Positions 48,718 through 61,777 of a DNA stretch of 64,000 nt are shown here, piece after piece (positions within the stretch are counted from its first letter, which is position 1; every line of letters begins with the position of its first letter). The stretch is from contig OZ038378.1 in the NCBI GenBank assembly GCA_964036045.1, positions 142,166,001 to 142,230,000 on the forward strand, given 5' to 3'. The position numbers and the translations under genes were made by a program. The notes beneath the pieces were generated by a model. That model saw only the letters and a list, made by a program, of their open reading frames with translations, had not been told where the DNA came from and did no database searches. Origin of the DNA: Eutreptiella sp. 'Long Island Sound 2002'. Its lineage: Eukaryota; Protista; Euglenida.

Positions 48718-50429
48718 CTGCATGTGTGCGTGTGGCTGTGCACACGCAGGTCCCCACAAACGCGCCCCGCTGCACTCCACCAACACACGACCAACGGCGT
48801 CACCACCGGTCAGCCCATTCCACGCAATGCTCAGCGTTTCGCCCACTCAACACAACACCATTCCTTATGTTGTGGGGCATGCCACAGAACAGTGTACGCC
48901 CACAACGCCCTTTACACACCCTTCACACACCCGTCGGACAGCTCCATCCAACAACCCAACACCGCGGCTTGTGAGGGAGCGGCCGGCATGTGCATGGCTA
49001 CGGGGCGCGGGGGGGCTGTGCGGCAGAGGGACGGTCCGTTCCAGCCCCATCCCCAGTGCTCGACCAATGCCAGAAACAACGACCGGGCGGCAGTGCAGTC
49101 GCAGGAGGTGTTCGAGCCGCATTCTGCACCAGCACAGCACACACGCAAACGCAATGACAGGGCAACGCCACAACACAGTGATTGGGTCACAAGTTCAGAG
49201 GGAGGGAGACTGTTAGGCAGTCAGAGGCTGCTTGCGCTAACCGTTGATGGCTGAGACGCAAACAACCACCGGGCGGCAGATTCCCGTGCTTCTCAGTTTT
49301 GAGGAGGAATGTCGGACAACAATACAAATGGAGACGGTAAAAATGGATGTCGAGCACATCAGGAAATCGATTGCTTGTCCCAGGCAATGGCCGTGTGGTC
49401 CTGGTGCTACTTCGCACTGTGTCGCCAGCGCAAGGGCAGAGGCTGTACTCCCCATCAGCCCACACTACGCATGGAACCCGAGGGCACACACCACGGCCAC
49501 GGCCATGTGCCAAGGGGCCTGCCCATCCCCCATTCCCTCATCACACCCCTCCACACTCCAGTCCTCGTCCGCCGCCGCCAACGCCGCGGGGACTCCACAG
49601 CTGGTCCCAGTGCTACGCCGTGCCCGTCCCACAAAACCATGAATCGAAAAACGGGGGGATGAAGGATGAAGGGGGTCAGGCTGCAGTGCCTCACAAACAA
49701 AAGCGGACAAAAGCACATCCAGCTCAACGGTGCTATGGACGGCTCGAGAAGATGCACAACCGCAGCACAACACAAACCCACTGGTGTGTGAAATGCATAT
49801 AACACGTCTTCGCTCTACACGGCGGACGCCTCAACGCCTCCTAAATCCACCGCACTCCTCTGCTGTGGCAACCGTCACCGTACACTGTGTCGCCTGCACC
49901 TGCCAGAACCACTGCACATGTGTTTGCCGATCGAATCACTGCAAGGCCTTGTTCCGTCTGTCCACACTGACCACAGCACAGCGTACAATTCCTTTGCAGA
50001 GTAGCGAAGGCGCACGCATGTGCGCATGTCGGAAGCACCAGGCCTTTGCTAATTCCTTGGTGAACCATCGAGGCTGCCTACCAGCCAAGTTCAGCCCTCG
50101 GAGACCACCCGCACACCAGGACATAAAATTCGATTCACCCACTGGCCGCCATGTGGCGCATTCTCGATCGATGACCAGTTCTACCCCCCAGGCGCTCCAC
50201 TACTGCTAGACCCTTCACATACCTCCGCCGAGATGGGCGTTAATGCAGGTGCGGGTGCAGGACGGGGCGCGGGGGAGGGGTCCTGGAATGAACCCTTGAC
50301 GCTTTTGTTCCGGGGCTAAGCTGCTTATGTTGCCACAGGCATTGTTCTGCACCCCGTCAACTGCACTGCGCCAACCAGAACACAGGAACGAACCCGCGCC
50401 TTGTGTCTGCGTACGAGCACATCACATAC

Positions 50430-50513
50430 CGCTAACATCGAGGGTTTGCAACGTAGAGTTCTTCTCCAGGGCCTTGCCCAGCGCAGCCCCTCCTTCGCTT
50501 CCGATTTTGTTGT
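50430..50513 (-). CDS. LRR exon (28 aa), type A
   Basis: CAG|84 nt|GTATGT. Encodes xNKIGSEGGAALGKALEKNSTLQTLDVS, also visible in ORF 50422..50715. Confidence 0.85.
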
Positions 50514-52219
50514 CTGCATGTGTGCGTGTGGCTGTGCACACGCAGGTCCCCACAAACGCGCCCCGCTGCACTCCACCAACACACGACCAACGGCGTCTCC
50601 ACCGGTCAGCCCATTCCACGCAATGCTCAGCGTTTCGCCCACTCAACACAACACCATTCCTTATGTTGTGGGGCATGCCACAAAACAGTGTACGCCCACA
50701 ACGCCCTTTACACACCCTTCACACGCCCGTTGGACAGCTCCATCCAACAACCCAACACCGCGGCTTGTGAGGGAGCGGCCAGCATGTGCATGGCTACGGG
50801 GGGCGGGGGGGGGCTGTGCAGCAGAGGGACGGTCCGTTCCAGCCCCCTCCCCAGTGCTCGACCAATGCCAGATACAACGACCGGGCGGCAGTGCAGTCGC
50901 AGGAGGTGTTCGAGCCGCATTCTGCACCAGCACAGCACACACGCAAACGCGATGACAGGGCAACACCACCACACAGTGATTGCGTCACGAGTTCAGAGGG
51001 AGGGAGACTGTTAGGCAGTCAGAGGCTGCTTGCGCTAACCGTTGATGGCTGAGACACAAACAACCACCGGGTTGCAGATTCCCGTGCTTCTCAGTTTTGA
51101 GGAGGAATGTCGGACAACAATACGAATGGAGACGGTAGAAATGGCTGTCGAGCACATCAGGAAATCGATTGCTTTATGAATGTCATAGGCAATGGCCTTG
51201 TGGTCCTGGTGCTACTTCGCACTGTGTCGCCAGCGCAAGGGCAGAGGCGGTACTCCCCAACAGCCCACACTACGCATGGAACCGGAGGCCACACACGACG
51301 GCCACGGCCATGTGCCAAGGGGCCTGCCCATCCCCCATTCCCTCATCACACCCCTCCACACTCCAGTCCTCGTCCGCCACCGCCAACGCCACGGGGACTC
51401 CACAGCTGGTCCCAGTGCTACGCCGTGCACGTCCCACAAAACCATGAATCGGAAAACGGGGGGGTGAAGGATGAAGGGGGTCAGGCTGCAGTGCCTCACA
51501 AACAAAAGCGGACAAAAGCACATCCAGCTCAACGGTGCTATGGACGGCTCGAGAAGATGCACAACCGCAGCACAACACAAACCCACTGGTGTGTGAAATG
51601 CATATAACACGTCTTCGCTCTACACGGCGGACGCCTCAACGCTTCCTAAATCCACCGCACTCCTCTGCTGTGGCAACCGTCACCGTACACTGTGTCGCCT
51701 GCACCTGCCAGAACCACTGCACATGTGTTTGCCAATGGAATCACTGCAAGGCCTTGTTCCGTCTGTCCACATTGACCACACCACAGCGTACAATTCCTTT
51801 GCAGAGTAGCGAAGGCGCACGCATGTGCGCATGTCGGAAGCACCAGGCCTTTGCTAATTCCTTGGTGAACCATCGAGGCTGCCTACCAGCCAAGTTCAGC
51901 CCTCGGAGACCACCCGCACACCAGGACATAAAATTCGATTCACCCAGTGGCCGCCATGTGGCGCATTCTCGATCGATGACCAGTTCTACCCCCAGGCGCT
52001 CCACTATTGCTAGACCCTTCACATACCTCCACCCCCATGCGTGTGGTGTGCGGGGACACCACCAGTCCCCAAGCCCGCAGGAGTAAATGTTGAGTTTTTG
52101 CATTTGGCCCATGCCATTTCACAAAAGCATTGACTTGTGGTTTACAATGCGGTTTTTTGGTTTAAAAAATCGCCTACAAAAACGACATGCCCATACCCCA
52201 TCAAGTGCATCCCCATTCT

Positions 52220-54138
52220 TGCATTGGCAGCAACCATGCAAGCCTTCAAAACAAGGTTCCGATGGACAGGGGCCCAAATTTTGGCAGTGGGGATCTTCTT
52301 TTTCTTACGCAAAAACTTTTCATATAGCTCATGCTTCAAACTTTCATTAATACTAGCATCCTGCCTAGTACTAGTCACGGGGGCATATCTTTTGGCCACC
52401 CGGAGATCCCGTTCCCCTGCCTCATCAGAATATAGCAAGGGGGTCCGCGGGTTAAACCAAGTGTGGGACCACGCATGCATATATAGCGTTGCAGTGCAAC
52501 CTTCTTCCACAACTTCCGGAATGATGTGCACAATATATGTGTACACCAAACCCATAGCTTGCCATGCTGCAGTTGCCAATGTAGTGCAACCGTAGCACAG
52601 GTGTACTATGTGGCAAAAGGCCAGAACCAAAGAATGGAAGGGCAATGGGACCATGGGACCATGCCCCCCGCCAGTCTGCCAATCACAATGCGGGCCTCTC
52701 GGCCACTTAAGCTGATGCCTGCTTGGAACCTTCCTCACACGAGGCGCTAGTGCTCCCTGCTATCAGAAGGCAAAGATCCAGGGTGGTATCTCCTAGCAAC
52801 TTGAGCTATTACCTCCAACAACTCATGCTTGTACGGCCCGGGCACGGTCCGGCCAATAACACCAAGGAGTCTGGAGGCTCCTCCTTTGGTGTTGTGTAAT
52901 ACTGGTTGTATAATATAAACCTTTGCCAGGTTGGATGCACCCTGGAACTTGTGGGAACCACGCACCTCATTTAGACGCCCCCCCTTGTGCAGAAACAGTG
53001 CGGCAACCCCATGCTTATTGACCCGGGGACATGCCACGCACCCCTTTTGCCGACACTCTGACCACAGATGGTGGTGATCTGCAGTCAGGCAACCAAACTA
53101 TAGGTGCAGTGTCGTAGTGTACTCTGCACCACCATACTTCATGCGTTGGTTGAATTTACACAAAGGCAGGGCTTGTAGGGCCTCTGCCCGTTTGGGTAGC
53201 CACTCCCCATCAACAACTTTGGGAAGTTCCATCCAGGTTATCATGTCTGTGCACCTGGCCAGACCTTGGGAACCAGTCTCCCGCAAAATCAATTATACAA
53301 AAACTTAGGGTTTACATTGGGACGCCCCCTGGGCTGGTATCCATCAGCATACAGGCCCAAGGTTAGGGTGGCTTGTTGGGGGGGAGGGTCCCTGTGCCCT
53401 TGTACTGCTAGGGTGCCGGACTTCTGCAGAAGTAGATGGCACAGTTCTAGCGACAGTCTGTTGTTGCTCAGGGAGTACTCCACTACCGGAAGATGTAGTA
53501 GCTCCTGCTGCCGCAATGCCACCAGAGACCACCCGGCACCTGGTTGGAGGCGATCAAGGGTTTGCAGCACTGCTACTGGCACAACATGCTCATGCCGCAG
53601 AAGCATGGCAGCTGGTGCCTGGGGACACTAGGGTACTGGGCTGGCGGGGTTGGGTGGTAAAGGGCCCATTGGGCGCCCCACAACCCGGACTTTACCAGTG
53701 GGGGGCCTTGGCAGGTTGTCTGGCTCCTTGCAGTCCAAAGAAGTGGCCCTAGGGAAGTTCAAGATGAAAGCTGACACCATGAACTAGTTGGCAGGCACAG
53801 TGCATCTGCTGGCAGAAGCCTCCAGTTTGGACACGTCCCCATTGACCCATACAGTAAAATTGTCCACAATGAATTCATGGTGGAACATTGTGCTTTTGCA
53901 AGAGGGTGATAGAGAGCATGAATGGCAGAAATTTTTGTAGTGCCCCGACCTGTAGCTTTCACCGGAACCTTTTTTTGCTCGATTTGGTCACAGTAGCTCA
54001 TAGAACCAGGCCCTCCAAGTGTGCTCGACTATCCGCCCCCAAAAAAGAGATCTCTGTTTCACATTTGTTTCCACCAGCATTTCTATAATGCCCCAACCTG
54101 TAGCTTTCACCAGAACCTGTTTTTGGTCGATTAGGTCT
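52220..54138 (-). mobile_element. Degenerate insertion with coding remnants, possibly a CACTA/CMC-type transposase fragment; copy 1
   Basis: Interrupts CCCCATTCT|GTGGCATAGG, which is uninterrupted at ~47247, ~56484 and ~59598. Broken long ORF includes LTLGLYADGYQP. Family assignment is weak. Confidence 0.4.
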
Positions 54139-54695
54139 GTGGCATAGGTTTTGGTGTTGTCCAAATATACACGCACAGTGCCCCCACGGCCCATGCCCCA
54201 ATATCCCCACACCCCTAAATCGTTCGCAATGCCTAAGCAATCCCTAGCACCTCCAAGTAGCAGAAAGGGAACCTGAAGGGCAGGCATTGCACAGGGCATC
54301 GGAGTGGCAGAAGCAGTGGGCGTTAGTTTGATGGGTCACGTGTTTGATGTGGTGCTGGTTGGTGTGCCTGGGGTGCTGGTTGGTGTGCCTGTGGAAGTGG
54401 GCGGGAGGGTTGTGGGGGTTCCACTTTCAGGTTGTGATGTGCCTGTGAACAGTTGAGTGACCTGCACTGTAAGTTTAGTGGGATGCCTTGTAGTACACCT
54501 GGTGTCCATTGCAGGTGCGGGTGCAGGACGCTGCGCAGGGGAGGGGTCTTGGAATGAACCTTTGACGCTTTTGTTCCGGGGCTAAGCTGCTTATGTTGCC
54601 ACAGGCATTGTTCTGCACCCCGTCAACTGCACTGCGCCAACCAGAACACAGGAACGAACCCGCGCCTTGTGTCTGCGTACGAGCACATCACATAC

Positions 54696-54779
54696 TGCAA
54701 ACATTGAGGGTCTGCAACGCAGAGTTCGTCTCCAGGGCCTTGCCCAGTGCAGCCCCTCCTTCATCTCCGATGGCGTTCG
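54696..54779 (-). CDS. LRR exon (28 aa), type B
   Basis: CAG|84 nt|GTATGT, phase 1-1. Encodes xNAIGDEGGAALGKALETNSALQTLNVC. Confidence 0.85.
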
Positions 54780-57700
54780 CTGCATGTGTGCGTGTGGCTG
54801 TGCACACGCAGGTCCCCACAAACGCGCCCCGCTGCATTCCACCAACACACGACCAACGGTGTCACCACCGGTCAGCCCATTCCACGCAATGCTCAGCGTT
54901 TCGCCCACCCAACACAACACCATTCCTTATGTTGTGGGGCATGCCACAAAACAGTGTACGCCCACAACGCCCTTTACACACCCTTTCACACACCCGTCGG
55001 ACAGCTCCATCCAACAACCCAACACCGCGGCTTGTGAGGGAGCGGCCAGCATGTGCATGGCTACGGGGCGTGGGGGGGCTGTGCGGCAGAGGGACGGTCC
55101 GTTCCAGCCCCCTCCCCAGTGCTCGACCAATGCCAGAAACAACGACCGGGCGGCAGTGCAGTCGCAGGAGGTGTTCGAGCCGCATTCTGCACCAGCACCG
55201 CACACACGCAAACACGATGACAGGGCAACGCCACAACACAGTGATTGGGTCACAAGTTCAAAGGGAGGGAGACTGTTAGGCAGTCAGAGGCTGCTTGCGC
55301 TAACCGTTGATGGCTGAGACACAAACAACCACCGGGCGGCAGATTCCCGTGCTTCTCAGTTTTGAGGAGGAATGTCGGACAACAATACGAATGAAGACGA
55401 TGGAAATGGATGTCGAGCACAACAGGAAATCGATTGTTTTATGAATGTCCCAGGCAATGGCCGTGTGGTCCTGGTGCTACTTCGCACTGTGTCGCCAGCG
55501 CAAGGGCAGAGGCGGTACTCCCCATCAGCCCACACTACGCATGGAACCGGAGGCCACACACGACGGCCACGGCCATGTGCCAAGGGGCCTGCCCATCCCC
55601 CATTCCCTCATCACACCCCTCCACACTCCAGTCCTCGTCCGCCGCCGCCAACGCCGCGGGGACTCCACAGCTGGTCCCAGTGCTACGCCGTGCACGTCCC
55701 ACAAAACCATGCATCGAAAAACGGGGGGATGAAGGATGAAGGGGGTCCGGCTGCAGTGCCTCACAAACAAAAGCGGACAAAAGCACATCCAGCTCAACGG
55801 TGCTATGGAGGGCTCGAGAAGATGCACAACCGCAGCACCACACAAACCCACTGGTGTGTGAAATGCATATAACACGTCTTTGCTCTACACGGCGGACGCC
55901 TCAACGCTTCCTAAATCCACCGCACTCCTCTGCTGTGGCAACCGTCACCGTACACTGTGTCGCCTGCACCTGCCAGAACCACTGCACATGTGTTTGCCAA
56001 TGGAATCACTGCAAGGCCTTGTTCCGTCTGTCCACACTGACCACAGCACAGCGTACAATTCCTTTGCAGAGTAGCGAAGGCGCACGCATGTGCGCATGTC
56101 GGAAGCACCAGGCCTTTGCTAATTCCTTGGTGAACCATCGAGGCTGCCTACCAGCCAAGTTCAGCCCTCGGAGACCACCCGCACACCAGGACATAAAATT
56201 CGATTCACCCACTGGCCGCCATGTGGCGCATTCTCGATCGATGACCAGTTCTACCCCCAGGCGCTCCACTACTGCTAGACCCTTCACATACCTCCGCCCC
56301 CATGCGTGTGGTGTGCAGGGGCACCACCAGTCCCCAGGCCCGCAGGAGTGAATGTTGAGTTTTTGCATTTGGCCCATGCCATTTCACAAAAGCATTGACT
56401 TGTGGTTTACAATGCGGTTTTTCGGTTTAAAAAATCGCCTACAAAAACGACATGCCCATACCCCATCAAGTGCAGCCCCATTCTGTGGCATAGGTTTTGG
56501 TGTTGTCAAAATATACACGCACAGTACCCCCACGGCCCATGCCCCAATATCCCCACACCCCCAAATCGTTTGCAATGCCTAAGCAATCCCTGGCATCTCC
56601 GAGTAGCAGAAAGGGTATCTGAAGGGGGTAGCTTACGGCGTACCCATTGGTACGCTCGTGATGTGGGTGAGGGGCTCTGCATGCTTTTTGGGCAGGCATT
56701 GCACAGGGCATCGGAGTGGCAGAAGCAGTGGGCGGTAGTTTGATGGTTCACGTGTTTGATGGGGTGCTGGTTGGTGGCCGCACAGCCCCCCCACGCCCCG
56801 TAGCCATGCACATGCCGGCCGCTCCCTCACAAGCCGCGGTGTTGGGTTGTTGGATGGAGCTGTCCGACGGGTGTGTGAAGGGCGTGTAAAGGACGTTGTG
56901 GGCGTACACTGTTTTGTGGCATGCCCCACAACATAAGGAATGGTGTTGTGTGAATGAAAACGGTGGAAATGGATGTCGAGCACATCAGGAAATCGATTGT
57001 TTAATGAATCCCAGGCAATGGCCGTGTGCTCCTGGTGCTACTTCGCACTGTGTCGCCTGTACCTGCCTGATCAACTGCACATATGTTTGCCGTCGGAATC
57101 ACTGCACGCTCTTGTTCAGTCCATTCACACTGACCACAGCACAGCGTACCATTCCTCGGCAGAGCAGGGAAACCATCGGGGCTGCCTACCAGCCAAGTTC
57201 AGCAGTTGTAGACCACCCACCCACCAGTACACGGAATTCCATTCACTCACTGGCCCCCATGTGGGTTGCAATCTCGCCCAGGCGCTCCACTACTGCTAGG
57301 TCCGTCACGTATCTCCGCCCCCTTTTGCACTTTGCCACAATACCCAAAAATATGCCACAGAATGGGGCTGCGCTGGATGGGGTTTCGGCATATTAGGTCT
57401 TGCGCAAGATTTCAAACCGGAAAACCGCATTGTAAACCACAAGTCAATGCTTTTGTGCAATGGGAAGGGGGCGTGCACAATGCACATCACAACGTCCCCT
57501 CCCACAATCCGCACGCAGCATCTCCGCCACAGCGTCCCCCCTCGGAAGCGCCCCTTTCCCCTTCCCAAACGCTTGCGCACACCGAACGCCCACAGCCAGC
57601 GCAAGGGCAGAGGCTGTACTCCCCATCGGCCCACACTACGCATGGAACCCGAGGCCCTGCCACGGCCATGTGCCAAGGGGCCTGCCCATCCCCCATTCCC

Positions 57701-60199
57701 TCATCACACCCCTCCACACTCCAGTCCTCGTCCGCCGCCGCCAACGCCGCGGGGACTCCACAGCTGGTCCCAGTGCTACGCCGTGCACGTCCCACAAAAC
57801 CATGCATCGAAAAAACGGGGGGATGAAGGATGAAGGGGGTCCGGCTGCAGTGCCTCACAAACAAAAGCGGACAAAAGCACATCCAGCTCAACGGTGCTAT
57901 GGAGGGCTCGAGAAGATGCACAACCGCAGCACCACACAAACCCACTGGTGTGTGAAATGCATATAACACGTCTTCGCTCTCAGACCTCCTAAGTCTCCGG
58001 CACCGAAGTCACCGGCCTTGTAAAAAACTGTAAAAAACCTGTAAAAAAAAACCTGTAAAAAAGCTGTAAAAAAAACTTGTAAACAACTGCACAAGGGGTT
58101 GTGGGATGCATCCCGTCATTGCCTGATCGTTGCTAAATGGTTTGTGATATTTCCTCCCAGCTTTTGTCAACTTTTTTCGGCCTTTCAATGGTTTGGTACA
58201 CCCAGTACCCCCCCCCCCCCTTGTATAAGCTACGCAAAACTCCCAAATTAATACGGTCCCTACGCCTACTGTAGCTTGGACAAGGCCGTAGACCCGCAGG
58301 TTCAAAAAGAGCAGATTGCGTGGCGAGCTGGTGCAACAAAGGGGAATATAATGCACAAATATCCCCAAAATCAGAGCTATGTGGGTTCAGATGGGCAAAC
58401 AATCACAAAAAATGTGTCCATGAATCTATGTAGCTGGCAAATTTGTCACCAAACCCATGTCTCATGTGGCCGCAGTACATTTGTAGCGGATCAAATTAGG
58501 TACCAAATTAATACAGCCCCGACACTCGCTGTAGCTTGGACGGGCGTAGCTTATACAGAGGAGGGGGGGGGGTACATAACAAACCACACATCAGCACAGC
58601 AGTACGATGCACAAACACAGCTCCTGCATGCCCCTTGTTGTTTCATTTTTCTTATTGTAAATTGCCAGTCACCGCAGTCACCGAGTGTAAAAAAAACTCC
58701 CCAACCAGCAATCACCGAGGGTCACCGAAATCCCCGCTACTTAGGAGCCCTGCCGTCGCCGTCCGCCGCCGCCAACGCCGCGGGGATTCCACAGCTGGTC
58801 CCAGTGCTACGCCGTGCACGTCCCACAAAACCATGAATCGAAAAACGGGGGGATGAAGGATGAAGGGGGGTCAGGCTGCAGTGCCTCACAAACAAAAGCG
58901 GACAAAAGCACATCCAGCTCAGCGGTGCTATGGACGGCTCGAGAAGATGCACAACCGCAGCACAACACAAACCCACTGGTGTGTGAAATGCATATAACAC
59001 GTCTTCGCTCTACACGGCGGACGCCTCAACGCTTCCTAAATCCACCGCACTCCTCTGCTGTGGCAACCGTCACCGTACACTGTGTCGCCTGCACCTGCCA
59101 GAACCACTGCACATGTGATTGCCGATCGAATCGCTGCAAGGCCCTGTTCCGTCTGTCCACATTGACCACACCACAGCGTACAATTCCTTTGCAGAGTAGC
59201 GAAGGCGCACGCATGTGCGCATGTCGGAAGCACCAGGCCTTTGCTAATTCCTTGGTGAACCATCGAGGCTGCCTACCAGCCAAGTTCAGCCCTCGGAGAC
59301 CACCCGCACACCAGGACATAAAATTCGATTCACCCAGTGGCCGCCATGTGGCGCATTCTCGATCGATGACCAGTTCTACCCCCCAGGCGCTCCACTACTG
59401 CTAGACACTTCACATACCTCCACCCCCATGCGTGTGGTGTGCAGGGGCACCACCAGTCCCCAGGCCCGCAGGAGTAAATGTTGAGTTTTTGCATTTGGCC
59501 CATGCCATTTCACAAAAGCATTGACTTGTGGTTTTTCGGTTTAAAAAATCGCTTACAAAAACGACATGCCCATACCCCATCAAGTGCAGCCCCATTCTGT
59601 GGCATAGGTTTTGGTGTTGTCAAAATATACACACAGTACCCCCACGGCCCATGCCCCAATATCCCCACACCCCCAAATCGTTTGCAATGCCTAAGCAATC
59701 CCTGGCATCTCCGAGTAGCAGAAAGGGTATCTGAAGGGGGTAGCTGACGGCGTACCCATTGGTACGCTCGTGATGTGGGTGAGGGGCTCTGCATGCTTTT
59801 TGAGCAGGCATTGCACAGGGCATCGGAATGGCAGAAGCAGTGGGCGTTAGTTTGATGGTTCACGTGTTTGATGGGGTGCTGGTTGCTGTGCCTGTGGAAG
59901 TGTGCGGCAGGGTTTCTAGGGGTTCCACTTTCAGGTTGTGATGCGCCTGTGGACAGTTGAGTGACCTGCACTGTAAGTTTAGTGGGATGCCTTCTAGTAC
60001 ACCTGGTGTCCATTGCAGGTGTGGGTGCAGGACGGGGCGCGGGGGAGGGGTCCTGGAATGAACCTTTGATGCTTTTGTTCCAGGGCTAAGCTGCTTATGT
60101 TGCCACAGGCATTGTTCTGCACCCCGTCAACTGCACTGCGCCAACCAGAACACAGGAACGAACCCGCGCCTTGTGTCTGCGTACGAGCACATCACATAC

Positions 60200-60283
60200 C
60201 GCTAACATCGAGGGTTTGCAACGTAGAGTTCGTCTCCAGGGCCTTGCCCAGCGCATCCCCTCCTTCCTTTCCGATTTTATTGT
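60200..60283 (-). CDS. LRR exon (28 aa, RI/NLRC3-like), type A
   Basis: CAG|84 nt|GTATGT, phase 1-1. Encodes xNKIGKEGGDALGKALETNSTLQTLDVS. Confidence 0.85.
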
Positions 60284-61777
60284 CTGCATGTGTGCGTGTG
60301 GCTGTGCACACGCAGGTCCCCACAAACGCGCCCCGCTGCACTCCACCAACACACGACCAACGGCGTCACCACCGGTCAGCCCATTCCACGCAATGCTCAG
60401 CGTTTCGCCCACCCAACACAACACCATTCCTTATGTTGTGGGGCATGCCACAAAACAGTGTACGCCCACAACGCCCTTTACACACCCTTCACACACCCGT
60501 CGCTCCATCCAACAACCCAACACCGCGGCTTGTGAGGGAGCGGCCGGCATGTGCATGGCTACGGGGGCCGGGGGGGGCTGTGCGGCAGAGGGACGGTCCG
60601 TTCCAGCCCCCTCCCCAGTGCTCGACCAATGCCAGAAACAACGACCGGGCGGCAGTGCAGTCGCAGGAGGTGTTCGAGCCGCATTCTGCACCAGCACAGC
60701 ACACACGCAAACGTGATGACAGGGCAACGCCACAACACAGTGATTGGGTCACGAGTTCAGAGGGAGAGAGACTGTTAGGCAGTCAGAGGCTGCTTGCGTT
60801 AACCGTTGATGGCTGAGACGCAAACAACCACCGGGCGGCAGATTCCCGTGCTTCTCAGTTTTGAGGAGGAATGTCGGACAGCAATACGAATGGAGACGGT
60901 AGAAATGGATGTCGAGCACAACGGGAAATCGATTGTTTTATGAATGTCCCAGGCTATGACCGTGTGGTCCTGCTGCTACGCCGTGCACGTCCCACAAAAC
61001 CATGCATCGAAAAGCGGGGGGGTGAAGGATGAAGGGGGTCAGGCTGCAGTGCCTCACAAACAAAAGCGGACAAAAGCACATCCAGCTCAACGGTGCTATG
61101 GAGGGCTCGAGAAGATGCACAACCGTAGCACAACACAAACCCACTGGTGTGCGAAATGCATATAACACGTCTTCGCTCTACACGGCGGACGCCTCAACGC
61201 TTCCTAAATCCACCGCACTCCTCTGCTGTGGCAACCGTCACCGTACACTGTGTCGCCTGCACCTGCCAGAACCACTGCACATGTGTTTGCCGATCGAATC
61301 ACTGCAAGGCCTTGTTCCGTCTGTCCACACCGACCACACCACAGCGTACAATTCCTTTGCAGAGTAGCGAAGGCGCACGCATGTGCGCATGTCGGAAGCA
61401 CCAGGCCTTTGCTAATTCCTTGGTGAACCATCGAGGCTGCCTACCAGCCAAGTTCAGCCCTCGGAGACCACCCGCACACCAGGACATAAAATTCCATTCA
61501 CCCACTGGCCGCCATGTGGCGCATTCTCGATCGATGACCAGTTCTACCCCCCAGGCGCTCCACTACTGCTAGACCCTTCACATACCTCCACCCCCATGCG
61601 TGTGGTGTGCAAGGGCACCACCAGTCCCCAGGCCCGCAGGAGTAAATGTTGAGTTTTTGCATTTGGCCCATGCCATTTCACAAAAGCATTGACTTGTGGT
61701 TTAATGCGGGTTTTTCGGTTTAAAAAATCGCCTACAAAAACGACATGCCCATACCCCATCAAGTGCATCCCCATTCT

